Shown: positions 23,428-31,840 of the stretch, one piece after another
Numbering within the stretch: the stretch's first letter is position 1
Layout of the letters: every line of letters starts with the position of its first letter
DNA from: Candidatus Caldatribacterium sp. SIUC1
GTDB taxonomy: Bacteria > Atribacterota > Atribacteria > Atribacterales > Caldatribacteriaceae
Assembly (NCBI RefSeq): GCF_051549785.1
Contig: NZ_CP189974.1
Span: 1,253,491 to 1,285,490, forward strand
Length of the DNA stretch: 32,000 bases
Direction of reading: 5' to 3'
The notes under the pieces: model-generated
Database searches by the model: none
What the model was told of the DNA's origin: nothing
What the model saw: the letters and a program-made list of their open reading frames with translations, nothing else
Program-made: the position numbers and the translations under genes

Positions 23428-24444
23428 ATGTGGAATAAACGATTGGGGATTGACCTTGGCACGGCAACGACGCTCATTTACCTCCATGGACGGGGGATTG
23501 TGCTCAACGAACCTTCGGTTGTGGCCATTGCCAAAGACTCCAATCAGATTCTCGCGGTGGGAAAAGAAGCCTGGGAGATGATTGGGAAGACCCCGGAACA
23601 CATTGTGGCCCACCGTCCCCTACGCGATGGAGTGATCAGCGATTACGAGATCACCCGGAAGATGCTGGCCTACTTCATCCAGCGGGTATGCGGGCGAAGT
23701 CTTTTCAAGCCTGATGTCGTGGTCTGCGTTCCCTCAGGAGGTACCGAGGTTGAAAAGCGAGCAGTGCTCGATGCAGCGTACCACGCGGGAGCCCGTAAGG
23801 CGTACCTCATTGAGGAGCCTATGGCAGCGGCTCTGGGGGCTGGCCTCGACATCACGGGCCCTTCAGGGAATATGGTGATTGATATTGGAGGAGGGACCAC
23901 GGATGTTGCTGTACTCTCCCTGGGGGGGATTGTGGTCAGCCAGTCCGTGCGGGTGGCAGGGGATAAGATGGACGAGGCCATTATCCGTCACCTCAGGAAA
24001 AAGTTCAATCTCCTTATCGGTGAGAAAACTGCGGAGATGATTAAGATTGAGATCGGGTGGGCTGTGCCCCCTCCGGAGGATAAGGTAGTCCGCGTCAAGG
24101 GGCGGGACCTTGTCTCGGGACTTCCCAAAGAGATTCTCCTCAGCGCTTCAGAGGTCTACAAATGCCTCACCGAACCCCTCTCATACATTGTCGAGGCAGC
24201 ACGGATGGTACTCGAGCATACACCTCCTGAGCTTGCTGCCGATATTGGAGAAAAGGGTATCTGCCTCACCGGGGGAGGATCGCTCCTTCGGGGCATTGAT
24301 GAGATGCTGGCCAAGGCTCTGGGAACTCCTGTGTACGTTGCCGAGGATCCGGTGTCCTGTGTTGCTCTCGGGGCAGGAAAGGTTCTCGATTACCTGAAGT
24401 TTCTCCGAAACGGCTTTCTCTATACCAAGGGGAGGAATGCATAG
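23428..24444 (+). CDS. mreB: Rod-shape-determining actin homologue MreB
   Basis: GIDLGTATTLIY, NEPSVVAI, DIGGGTTDVAVLSLGGIV, LTGGGSLLRGID. ATG is preceded by GGGAGGA. Confidence 0.92.
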   Translation: MWNKRLGIDLGTATTLIYLHGRGIVLNEPSVVAIAKDSNQILAVGKEAWEMIGKTPEHIVAHRPLRDGVISDYEITRKMLAYFIQRVCGRSLFKPDVVVCVPSGGTEVEKRAVLDAAYHAGARKAYLIEEPMAAALGAGLDITGPSGNMVIDIGGGTTDVAVLSLGGIVVSQSVRVAGDKMDEAIIRHLRKKFNLLIGEKTAEMIKIEIGWAVPPPEDKVVRVKGRDLVSGLPKEILLSASEVYKCLTEPLSYIVEAARMVLEHTPPELAADIGEKGICLTGGGSLLRGIDEMLAKALGTPVYVAEDPVSCVALGAGKVLDYLKFLRNGFLYTKGRNA

Positions 24445-24447
24445 CTT

Positions 24448-26031
24448 TTGTGGTGGCGTAGAGTCCTCCTGATTTTCTGGGTTCTGGGCCTTGTCCTCTG
24501 TGCTCTTCCGGTCTGGGGTGGGGAGATTTCCATTTTCCCCTTTTCGGCGATCCGTAAAGGTATGAAGGCCACCGGGAAGACGGTTCTGTACGGAACAGAG
24601 GTGCAGGAGTTTTCTCTCGAGGTCATCGATGTTGTGCAGGCGAAGGACATCACAGACAGCTACTTTGTTGTCCTCGTCACCGACGAGAAAATTCGCAGCC
24701 TGGGGGGTATCCTCGCCGGGATGAGCGGAAGCCCGGTATATATCCGGGGGAAGATTGCAGGAGCGCTCTCTCACAGCTTCGAGACACAGGATCACCTCGT
24801 GGGTGTCGTTACGCCCATTGAGGCCATGCTCAAAATATGGAAAGAGGAGGAAGTACTTGCTCCCCTTGGGAAAGAGACATCGGTGGTGTTCTGTTTTGGA
24901 ATGGGCGATAGGGCGTGGTCTCGCCTGAGGGAGCGCCTTGGGGAAACGTACGCTTTGAGGAAGGTGCTCGCTTTTCCACGTCTTTTCCCGGGGAGGTCCG
25001 AGAAGCAGGCGGCTCCTCTTGAGCCCGGGAGCGCCATAGGGGTGCAGCTCGTGACTGGGGATGCAGAGATTGTGAGTATTGGGACTCTGACTTTGCGGGA
25101 TGGGGATCGGTTCCTGGCGCTCGGACATCCCTTTCTCCACCGGGGGAAGGCGCAGTATTTTCTCTCCTCGGTGTACGTGAATTTCAGTCTGAAGGGAGAT
25201 GAGTTCCCCTTCAAGGTGGGAACGCCCATCGAAATTGTGGGTGTGGTAGAGGAGGATCGTAGCGTCGGCATAGCAGGGCGGTTTGGGGTTTTCCCGAAGA
25301 CAACGGAAGTTACCATAGGGGTAAAGGAGGGGACAAGGAGGCGGGATTTTCACTTCTCGGCGGTTCAGGAAGAGGACATTCTCGTGGATTTCCTCCCCGA
25401 GCTTCTCCTTGACGCCATTGATCGGACCATCGACCGCCAGTCTCCAGGAAGTGTTGATCTGAAGTTCCGGATAACGGGAGAAAATCTCAACCTTGAAGAT
25501 GAATTTTTCTGGGTCAGTGAACCGGATGTCGCGACTTTTGCCTCGAACACGTTTCGCCGGGTACTCGAGGCATTCCTGAAGAATCCCTATCAGCCGGTGA
25601 ACGTAGCAGAAATCGCTCTTGAGGTCGAGGTATTTCCTGAAGTCCAGCGAGGATGGATTCTCTCTTGCGATTTCCCTCGGATTGTGAAGCGGGGTGAAGT
25701 TGCCGCAGGAAAGGCTACGGTGTTCCTGTATCGCCAGGGCATACGGGATGTTTCCCTCCAGGTGACTGTGCCTTCTGACTTTGCCCCGGGTGAGGCGGAG
25801 ATCGTAGTTCGGGGGAGAGGAAGGAGTAGCGGGGAGTCCCAGGAGGGGACGTTTACCGTGGATTTTCAGGAGTACCTCAATCAGAGGCTTGACGAGCTTC
25901 GGAGTGACGGTGTGGACCTTGAGATTCTCGCCAAAGGTAGCATTCCCCAAAAGACCACCTATACCAGGACCCATGTGTTTCTTCCATTTGTGCTTGAAGG
26001 AGATGCTTCGAGCAAGGTATGGGTAAACTGA
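24448..26031 (+). CDS. Secreted S55 (SpoIVB-like) serine peptidase domain protein with a long uncharacterised C-terminal region
   Basis: Signal-peptide-like N-terminus MWWRRVLLIFWVLGLVLCALPVWG. The Ser motif is GGILAGMSGSPVYIRGKIAGALSHSF (compare SpoIVB [26 protein letters not shown]). The His motif is IGTLTLRDGDRFLALGHPF (compare SpoIVB [21 protein letters not shown]). GTG 24448 lies 3 nt after the mreB stop, with GGGGAGGAA upstream. Confidence 0.75.
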   Translation: MWWRRVLLIFWVLGLVLCALPVWGGEISIFPFSAIRKGMKATGKTVLYGTEVQEFSLEVIDVVQAKDITDSYFVVLVTDEKIRSLGGILAGMSGSPVYIRGKIAGALSHSFETQDHLVGVVTPIEAMLKIWKEEEVLAPLGKETSVVFCFGMGDRAWSRLRERLGETYALRKVLAFPRLFPGRSEKQAAPLEPGSAIGVQLVTGDAEIVSIGTLTLRDGDRFLALGHPFLHRGKAQYFLSSVYVNFSLKGDEFPFKVGTPIEIVGVVEEDRSVGIAGRFGVFPKTTEVTIGVKEGTRRRDFHFSAVQEEDILVDFLPELLLDAIDRTIDRQSPGSVDLKFRITGENLNLEDEFFWVSEPDVATFASNTFRRVLEAFLKNPYQPVNVAEIALEVEVFPEVQRGWILSCDFPRIVKRGEVAAGKATVFLYRQGIRDVSLQVTVPSDFAPGEAEIVVRGRGRSSGESQEGTFTVDFQEYLNQRLDELRSDGVDLEILAKGSIPQKTTYTRTHVFLPFVLEGDASSKVWVN

Positions 26032-29000
26032 GGAAAAAGATTTTCTGGGGCAGTGTGGTAGTGCTTTTTTCCGCCTTTCTCCTCTGGGAAGGAGGAAGGT
26101 ATGGCCTTCGGCAGGCCCTTCGGGAACTCGAAGAAACCCATCGCATCGTTGTTCGTGTCGAGAACACTGTTCCTCTTTTTCTGGGGTTTGCCCTTCGGGG
26201 AGTTCGGGTCTCAGGTGAGGGGTTCGCTTTCCAGGCTCCGGAGGTTTCGGTCCGTTTGAGCTGGAGCCGGGGGATTTCTGCCGTTATTGAGGACGGTGAA
26301 TTCGCTTTTTCTTCGGGTTTACCATGGTCTGCCCTGGAGTCCCTTCCCCCTCTTTTTGTTGAGGTTCGCAAGGCTCGCCTTAGCGGGCAGAGTCTTCCTC
26401 CCTGGGATGGATGGCTGGAGAAAAATGGTACCGTGTTCCGTTTCGGGATTGCCGCGGGTGACCTTGAGGTGAGGGGAACCGTGGAGGGAGAAAGGGTGGT
26501 TTTTGAGGGGAAGTACCGTACTCTGCCCTTTTGGGGGTCTTTTGTTCCTGCGGAGGGTCGTTTCAAAGGGGAACTTGGCGAAGGTTCCCGAAGGCTTCAC
26601 CTTGAAGGTAGGCTCTTTCGAGGGGCTTGGGGGTGGGAACTGTCTCCCCTGCAAGTGGACCAAGGAGGACTTCTCTTTTCCGGCCGGCTCTTCCGGGGGG
26701 ATGACGGACGTTTTACGCTCTCGGGGAAAGTGCGTGTTCTGGAGGAGGATATCGACGTTTCCTTTCAGGGGAGGAATACCCAGACTTCTTTTGAAGGGAA
26801 CTTCGAGGGGAGAAGCGCAACCTCTACGCTTTCGGGTCGTTTCCGCGCCGATCTCTGGAACTCTTCCTTCGTTCTCGAGTTTGCTCCCCAGTCGGTGTGG
26901 CGGGGTATTCGTCTTTCGGGCCGTCTCGAAGGTTCGGTAGATGATGGTCTCCGTCTCAATTTCTGCGACCTCTTTGTGTCCCCTGAAGAGGGTTGTACCC
27001 TCTTTCCCGTGCGGGGAAGCGGCAGAATCCAGGGACAGGTGGCAAAGAGGGGGGAGCTGTGGCAAGGGGAGATTGCATTTTCGAGTTCCGAGATCTTCGT
27101 CGATCGTCTGAGGCTTCAAGAGGTGTCCGCACAGATTGCTCTGGATAAGGGACGGGTAACGTTTTCGGGAGCCGGGCACATGCTGGGGGGGAATCTTGAG
27201 CTTTCCGGAAGCTATGAGTCGGGGGTGATTCGGGCCTCGGGAAGGGTGCAGGGGATCACCCTTGAGGGCATTCTGGGACGGAGTGACGCTCCCCTTTCCG
27301 GAACCTTCTCGGGGAACCTTTTCTGTGCGGGGAAAGCGGGGGATTTTCGTCTTGTTCTCCGGCTCACCGATGGGTCTCTATCCTGGCAGGGCGTGGACCT
27401 CGGCAACATTGCGGGGGGGGAGGTTCTGCTTGAGGGGGAACGCGTAGAGGTCCGGAACCTCCTTGTAACCCGGGGTAACGGGAAACTCTCTGGCAATGTG
27501 ACGAGGGACGCTTCAGGCATTCGGGGGAAGGGGGAGTTTGAAGGGTATCCCCTTGAGGTTTCCTGGAAAGGGAAAATGATTGGGTTCACCCTCTGGGGTT
27601 CCGTGACCCTGGAGTGGGGGAAGGAACACTATCTTGGGCTTCGTCTTTCGTCGCCCTCGTGGTTTTTCGGAAGTCTTCAGGGTCGAGATCTTTCCCTCTC
27701 TGGCACCGTCAGGGAGAAAGAAATCACCCTGAACTGCCTGGCTCTACAGTGGGACGGAGGGTATTTCAATGCCCGGGGGAGAATGGTGCTTGACCAGGAA
27801 GTGGACCTTTCTGGAGAAATCGAAAACCTTCGTCTTCCGGACAACGATTTTCGGCTCAGCGGGATGATTCATAGGGCCCGTTTTGCTGCTTCTGGACCGT
27901 GGGAGAGGGTTTCCTGGAAGTTTGAAGGTGAAGGGTCGTCCCTCCGAATCCTGAATGAGCCCCTGGGGGAGCGCATTGTGCTGAAGTTCTCCGGAGTTCT
28001 TCCCCTTTCTTCGTTCCTTGGAGGGGAGGTTGCTCCTGCCGACATCCTGAACCCAGAGACGCTCAGCGAAGGGGCTATTATGGTGGAGAGGGCGAATCTT
28101 GCCCTTCTTGGGGGGAGCTTCCTTGCAAAGGCCATGGAGCCTGTGGATTTTTCTTTTGTGCTTGACCCTGGGAATCGCCTGTGGCATTTCCGTTCCGGTG
28201 AGGTTGTGTTCTCCTTCCCTCCTTACGGAAATTTTCGAGGAAAGGTAGCAGGGGTGTACGATGGTAGGTGTTTTGTGGTTGAGACGCTTGAGTTTTCCGG
28301 TTCCCAGGGTATACGTCTTTCCGGAAAGGGAACCGTGGACACCCTGGCAAAGACGTTGGACCTTCAGTGTTCCTTTGGAGGGGAACTTTCTTTCCCCTTT
28401 GAGGAGTTTGCGGTTGAGCTTGGAGGATCGGGAATGCTACACCTTTTTGGGGATTACGCATCGCCTGTTGCGGAGGGCTCGGTGACGCTTCAGCGGTTTC
28501 GGGTCCTTGCTGGTGGGAGAGAATACCTTTCCTTGCAAGGTCTTCAGGGGGATCTCGCAGGGGGGAAGTGGCGGTTTTCCGGGGGGAAGGGAACGTTCCT
28601 CGGGGGAGAGCTTGTGGTGAAGGGTGAGGTTTCCCGAGAGGGTCTCATCCTTCATGGAACGGTTCAGGGGGATGGGGCTTTCCCTGGGCTTGAAGGGATA
28701 TTCCAGGGGCGATGGAGTGGTGAACTCATGGTAACGGGGAAGGAGGGGCAGTACACCCTTGAGGGGGATCTCGTGGTGCGGGAAGCCGTCCTGGATACGC
28801 GGGGAGGGAAGACCGGCGGGTCTTCGTACCTTGATTCCTTGTCTCAGGTGGTGACGAAAATTCCTTTTCCTTTGAAACTTCGCCTCTCCTTTCAGGATAC
28901 TCTCACGGTAAAGACGGATTTCCTGCAGCTTACGCTCTCCGGGAGCGTGCTGATTCGTCGGGAAGGTGAAGGCCTGGTGCTCTCCGGACGCCTGGATGTC

Positions 29001-29552
29001 CTTCAGGGGATATATGACCTTATTGCCTGCAACATCCCTCTTGAGGGGTACATCGTGTTCACGGAACTTGACGGATGTACTCCAAGGCTTTGCCTCGAAG
29101 GCCGAAAGAGCCTTAGAGGGTATGACCTCAGCGTGCGTATTACCGGACCGCTTGATGGCTACGCAGTGGCCTTCTCTTCCGAGCCTCCCCTCTCACAGGA
29201 GGAAATCCTGTCCCTGCTGTTTCTGGGTGACAAGGATGCCTATGTTGCGCTCAACCGGGTGAACCTTGCGCCATTCTTCCTGAAGATTGCTCGATTCCTG
29301 CTTAAGGAGGACTTCTCTCTGAGCCTCAAACCGCTTTTTGACGGGATAACCTTCGATCCGGAGAATTTTTCCCGGATTACTTTCGAGAAAAAGCTTGGTA
29401 AGAACGTGGCTTTCGGGTATACTCAGAACTTGAGCAATGGAGGGTCGGCGGTTGAGATGAACATCGACTTTGGGAGAGAATGGTCCCTGAAGCTTGAGCG
29501 GGCTGAGAGCGGTGAAACGGAGTGGATGATTCAGTTTTCCACGAAGTTCTGA
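26019..29552 (+). CDS. tamB: TamB/AsmA-like translocation and assembly module protein (DUF490 C-terminus)
   Basis: 1177 aa. N-terminal signal-anchor IFWGSVVVLFSAFLLW, followed by a long G/S/L/V/F/R-rich beta-strand repeat body. The C-terminal DUF490-like block is ITGPLDGYAVAFSSEPPLSQEEILSLLFLG ... ending in MIQFSTKF. It lies immediately upstream of bamA, and ATG 26019 overlaps the previous gene by 13 nt. Confidence 0.8.
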   Translation: MGKLRKKIFWGSVVVLFSAFLLWEGGRYGLRQALRELEETHRIVVRVENTVPLFLGFALRGVRVSGEGFAFQAPEVSVRLSWSRGISAVIEDGEFAFSSGLPWSALESLPPLFVEVRKARLSGQSLPPWDGWLEKNGTVFRFGIAAGDLEVRGTVEGERVVFEGKYRTLPFWGSFVPAEGRFKGELGEGSRRLHLEGRLFRGAWGWELSPLQVDQGGLLFSGRLFRGDDGRFTLSGKVRVLEEDIDVSFQGRNTQTSFEGNFEGRSATSTLSGRFRADLWNSSFVLEFAPQSVWRGIRLSGRLEGSVDDGLRLNFCDLFVSPEEGCTLFPVRGSGRIQGQVAKRGELWQGEIAFSSSEIFVDRLRLQEVSAQIALDKGRVTFSGAGHMLGGNLELSGSYESGVIRASGRVQGITLEGILGRSDAPLSGTFSGNLFCAGKAGDFRLVLRLTDGSLSWQGVDLGNIAGGEVLLEGERVEVRNLLVTRGNGKLSGNVTRDASGIRGKGEFEGYPLEVSWKGKMIGFTLWGSVTLEWGKEHYLGLRLSSPSWFFGSLQGRDLSLSGTVREKEITLNCLALQWDGGYFNARGRMVLDQEVDLSGEIENLRLPDNDFRLSGMIHRARFAASGPWERVSWKFEGEGSSLRILNEPLGERIVLKFSGVLPLSSFLGGEVAPADILNPETLSEGAIMVERANLALLGGSFLAKAMEPVDFSFVLDPGNRLWHFRSGEVVFSFPPYGNFRGKVAGVYDGRCFVVETLEFSGSQGIRLSGKGTVDTLAKTLDLQCSFGGELSFPFEEFAVELGGSGMLHLFGDYASPVAEGSVTLQRFRVLAGGREYLSLQGLQGDLAGGKWRFSGGKGTFLGGELVVKGEVSREGLILHGTVQGDGAFPGLEGIFQGRWSGELMVTGKEGQYTLEGDLVVREAVLDTRGGKTGGSSYLDSLSQVVTKIPFPLKLRLSFQDTLTVKTDFLQLTLSGSVLIRREGEGLVLSGRLDVLQGIYDLIACNIPLEGYIVFTELDGCTPRLCLEGRKSLRGYDLSVRITGPLDGYAVAFSSEPPLSQEEILSLLFLGDKDAYVALNRVNLAPFFLKIARFLLKEDFSLSLKPLFDGITFDPENFSRITFEKKLGKNVAFGYTQNLSNGGSAVEMNIDFGREWSLKLERAESGETEWMIQFSTKF

Positions 29553-29569
29553 AAGGGGGAGAAGAGCCG

Positions 29570-31246
29570 GTGGCCGAACGGTCCTCTTGGTGGCTTGTCG
29601 TGATTGCCGTAGCAGTGGTGATTGTCTGTGGCTTTCAGGCTTTTGCCCAGGAAACTGTACTCCCTGTCGTTGCCGTGCGGGTAGAGGGAAATGAACACGT
29701 GCATACCCAGCTTATCCTTTCGGCCATTTCCCTGGGTCTTAAAGAGCCCTTCAATCCCCAGAAAGTTGAGCAGGACGTCAAGAGCATTTACGACCTCGGG
29801 TACTTTGCAAAGGTCTGGGTGGAAACAAAGCGTTATCCTGACGGTATCGAGGTCATTTACAGGGTCCAGGAGCTGCCGGTCATCCAGGCTATAGACATTC
29901 AGGGAAATACCGTGCTCTCCACGGAGGAGATCCGTCAGGCCATGATCGTTGCCCCCGGGCAGGTTATGAACTGGAAGATTTTTCAGCGGGATCTTGAGCG
30001 CATTAAGGCGTTGTACAGCAACAGGGGTTTCCTCATGACTGCGGCCGAGGACATCCGTTTCGATGCATCGGGTGTTCTCCATTTCACCATCCGGGAAGGT
30101 ATTGTGGAGCGGGTGGATTTTGAAGGTTTGCAGAAGACGAAGGAGTACGTCCTGCGACGGGAGCTGAAGTTCACCCCTCCTGTCGTTTTTGACTTTGCTA
30201 AAGTCAAAGAGAGCATGCGGGCCATCTATAACCTGGGGTTTTTTGAGGATATCAGCATGAAGCTCGAGCCGGGGAGCGATCGGGACCACGTGGTGGTCAA
30301 GGTGAAGGTTGTGGAAAAGCCCACGGGGGAAGCTGGAATCGGGGTGGGTTACAACAGCGAGAAGGGATGGCTGGGATTTGTCCGGTATCAGGAGTCCAAC
30401 TTTGGTGGAAATGCCCAGAAACTCGAACTTCGTTACGAATTTGGAGCTCGAACACTCTACCGTATCTCGTTTGAAGAGCCCTGGCTTTTTGGTGAACCCA
30501 TTTTCTTCGGGGTTGCCCTCTATGATAGGGTGGAGAAAAAGAAACACTGGGTGGAACAGGAGGTCGTCGGAGAGTACGAAGAAGAACGCCTCGGGGGCCA
30601 GGTTGCCCTTGGTGGTCGTTTCGGTGACGCATGGCACTGGCGCATTCAGTACAAGTCGGAGGACATCACCATCACGCCTCTTTCTGGAGAACCGCCTCAA
30701 GCGGATGGGAAAACGAATTCTCTTACACCGACCATCATCTATGACACTCGGGACGATGTTTTCAATCCCCACGAGGGGTGGTACTGCACACTTCAGATTG
30801 AGTTTGCGGGAGGATTCCTGGGAGGTGATTACGACTACACGAAGTATATCCTCGATGCCCGGAACTACATGAACACCGGAGAGAATTCGGTGCTGGCCCT
30901 GAGGATCCTTGGGGGCATTGCCGATCGAGAGCTCCCGAGTTTTGAGAAGTTCTCGGTGGGTGGGGTGAATACCCTTCGAGGGTATGACCTTTATGAGTTC
31001 CAGGGAGACAAAATGCTTGTGGCGAACCTTGAGTATCGCTTTGAGGTGGCTAAGAATACCCAGCTTGTGGTTTTTGGAGACGCCGGCTATGCCTGGGACC
31101 TTAAAGAGCCCATCGACCTTGGGGATGTGAAGATAGGCTACGGAGTTGGACTCCGTTTTGATACGCCTATTGGGCCGATTCGCCTTGATTACGGTATCGG
31201 TGAAACGGGAAGCCAAACCTATGTGAGCATTGGGCAAACGTTCTGA
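29570..31246 (+). CDS. bamA: Outer membrane protein assembly factor BamA (Omp85) with about three POTRA domains
   Basis: Signal/TM WWLVVIAVAVVIVCGFQAFAQ. Three POTRA-like units begin at VVAVRVEGNEHV, IQAIDIQGNTVL and VERVDFEGLQKT. These are followed by an Omp85 barrel (..GIGVGYNSEKG.., ..VGGVNTLRGY.., ..GYGVGLRFDTPIGPIRLDYG..) ending in SIGQTF. GTG 29570 is preceded by AGGGGGAG; the track ORF starts at 29522. Confidence 0.9.
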   Translation: MAERSSWWLVVIAVAVVIVCGFQAFAQETVLPVVAVRVEGNEHVHTQLILSAISLGLKEPFNPQKVEQDVKSIYDLGYFAKVWVETKRYPDGIEVIYRVQELPVIQAIDIQGNTVLSTEEIRQAMIVAPGQVMNWKIFQRDLERIKALYSNRGFLMTAAEDIRFDASGVLHFTIREGIVERVDFEGLQKTKEYVLRRELKFTPPVVFDFAKVKESMRAIYNLGFFEDISMKLEPGSDRDHVVVKVKVVEKPTGEAGIGVGYNSEKGWLGFVRYQESNFGGNAQKLELRYEFGARTLYRISFEEPWLFGEPIFFGVALYDRVEKKKHWVEQEVVGEYEEERLGGQVALGGRFGDAWHWRIQYKSEDITITPLSGEPPQADGKTNSLTPTIIYDTRDDVFNPHEGWYCTLQIEFAGGFLGGDYDYTKYILDARNYMNTGENSVLALRILGGIADRELPSFEKFSVGGVNTLRGYDLYEFQGDKMLVANLEYRFEVAKNTQLVVFGDAGYAWDLKEPIDLGDVKIGYGVGLRFDTPIGPIRLDYGIGETGSQTYVSIGQTF

Positions 31247-31270
31247 ATGTTTCAGGGAAGGAGAGTGTCC

Positions 31271-31840
31271 ATGAGGAAGTTCGTCATCTCTACAATGGTT
31301 GGAATTCTTGTGGTCCTTCTGGGGAGCACACTGGTTTTGGCACAGACGCAGACCAAGAAACCTGCTCAGGGGCAGACGAGTTCTGCGTCATCCTCAGGAG
31401 CGGTGGCCATCGGGGTGGTGGACATCAACAAGATCTTCGACGCCCATCCTAATACGGCAAAGATTGCCGAACTTGAGAAAAAGATTGCCGAAGAGTTTCA
31501 GAAAAGGCAGCAGGAACTGAATGAAAAGGGAAAAGGAAAGACTCGTGAGGAAGTCCAGAAGCTTGAAGAAGAAATGAATGCTGCCTGGGCACCGGTGCGC
31601 GATGAAATGCTGAAAGAGCGCCAGGCACTCATTGAAGAGCGTTACGGCGATGTGATCAGTGCCATCCGGAAAGTGGCCGAATCCATGAAGCTCGCCCTGG
31701 TTATCCGCAGCGCCCTTCGCATTCCGGTCAACCAGAAAGAGGTCCTGGAAATGCCCCTTGTGCTCTACGGCGGTGTGGACATCACCGACCAGGTTATTCA
31801 GGAGCTTCAGAACATTGTGGCTGCGAAGGAGAAGAAGTGA
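31271..31840 (+). CDS. skp: Periplasmic chaperone Skp/OmpH
   Basis: Signal peptide MRKFVISTMVGILVVLLGSTLVLAQ, an OmpH-like start IGVVDINKIF, and a K/E/Q-rich helical body. It holds the canonical position between bamA and lpxD. ATG 31271 is preceded by GGAAGGAGAG. Confidence 0.85.
   Translation: MRKFVISTMVGILVVLLGSTLVLAQTQTKKPAQGQTSSASSSGAVAIGVVDINKIFDAHPNTAKIAELEKKIAEEFQKRQQELNEKGKGKTREEVQKLEEEMNAAWAPVRDEMLKERQALIEERYGDVISAIRKVAESMKLALVIRSALRIPVNQKEVLEMPLVLYGGVDITDQVIQELQNIVAAKEKK

Noticed and set aside
24181-25974. 597-aa minus-strand ORF
   Set aside because: It is antisense to the 3' end of mreB and to the S55 peptidase gene, both of which carry strong family motifs. It has no RBS or domain signal of its own.
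29531-31237. 568-aa minus-strand ORF
   Set aside because: It is exactly antisense to bamA, which has clear POTRA and Omp85 motifs. Its translation is low-complexity with no recognisable domain. Long stop-free antisense frames are expected in GC-biased coding sequence.
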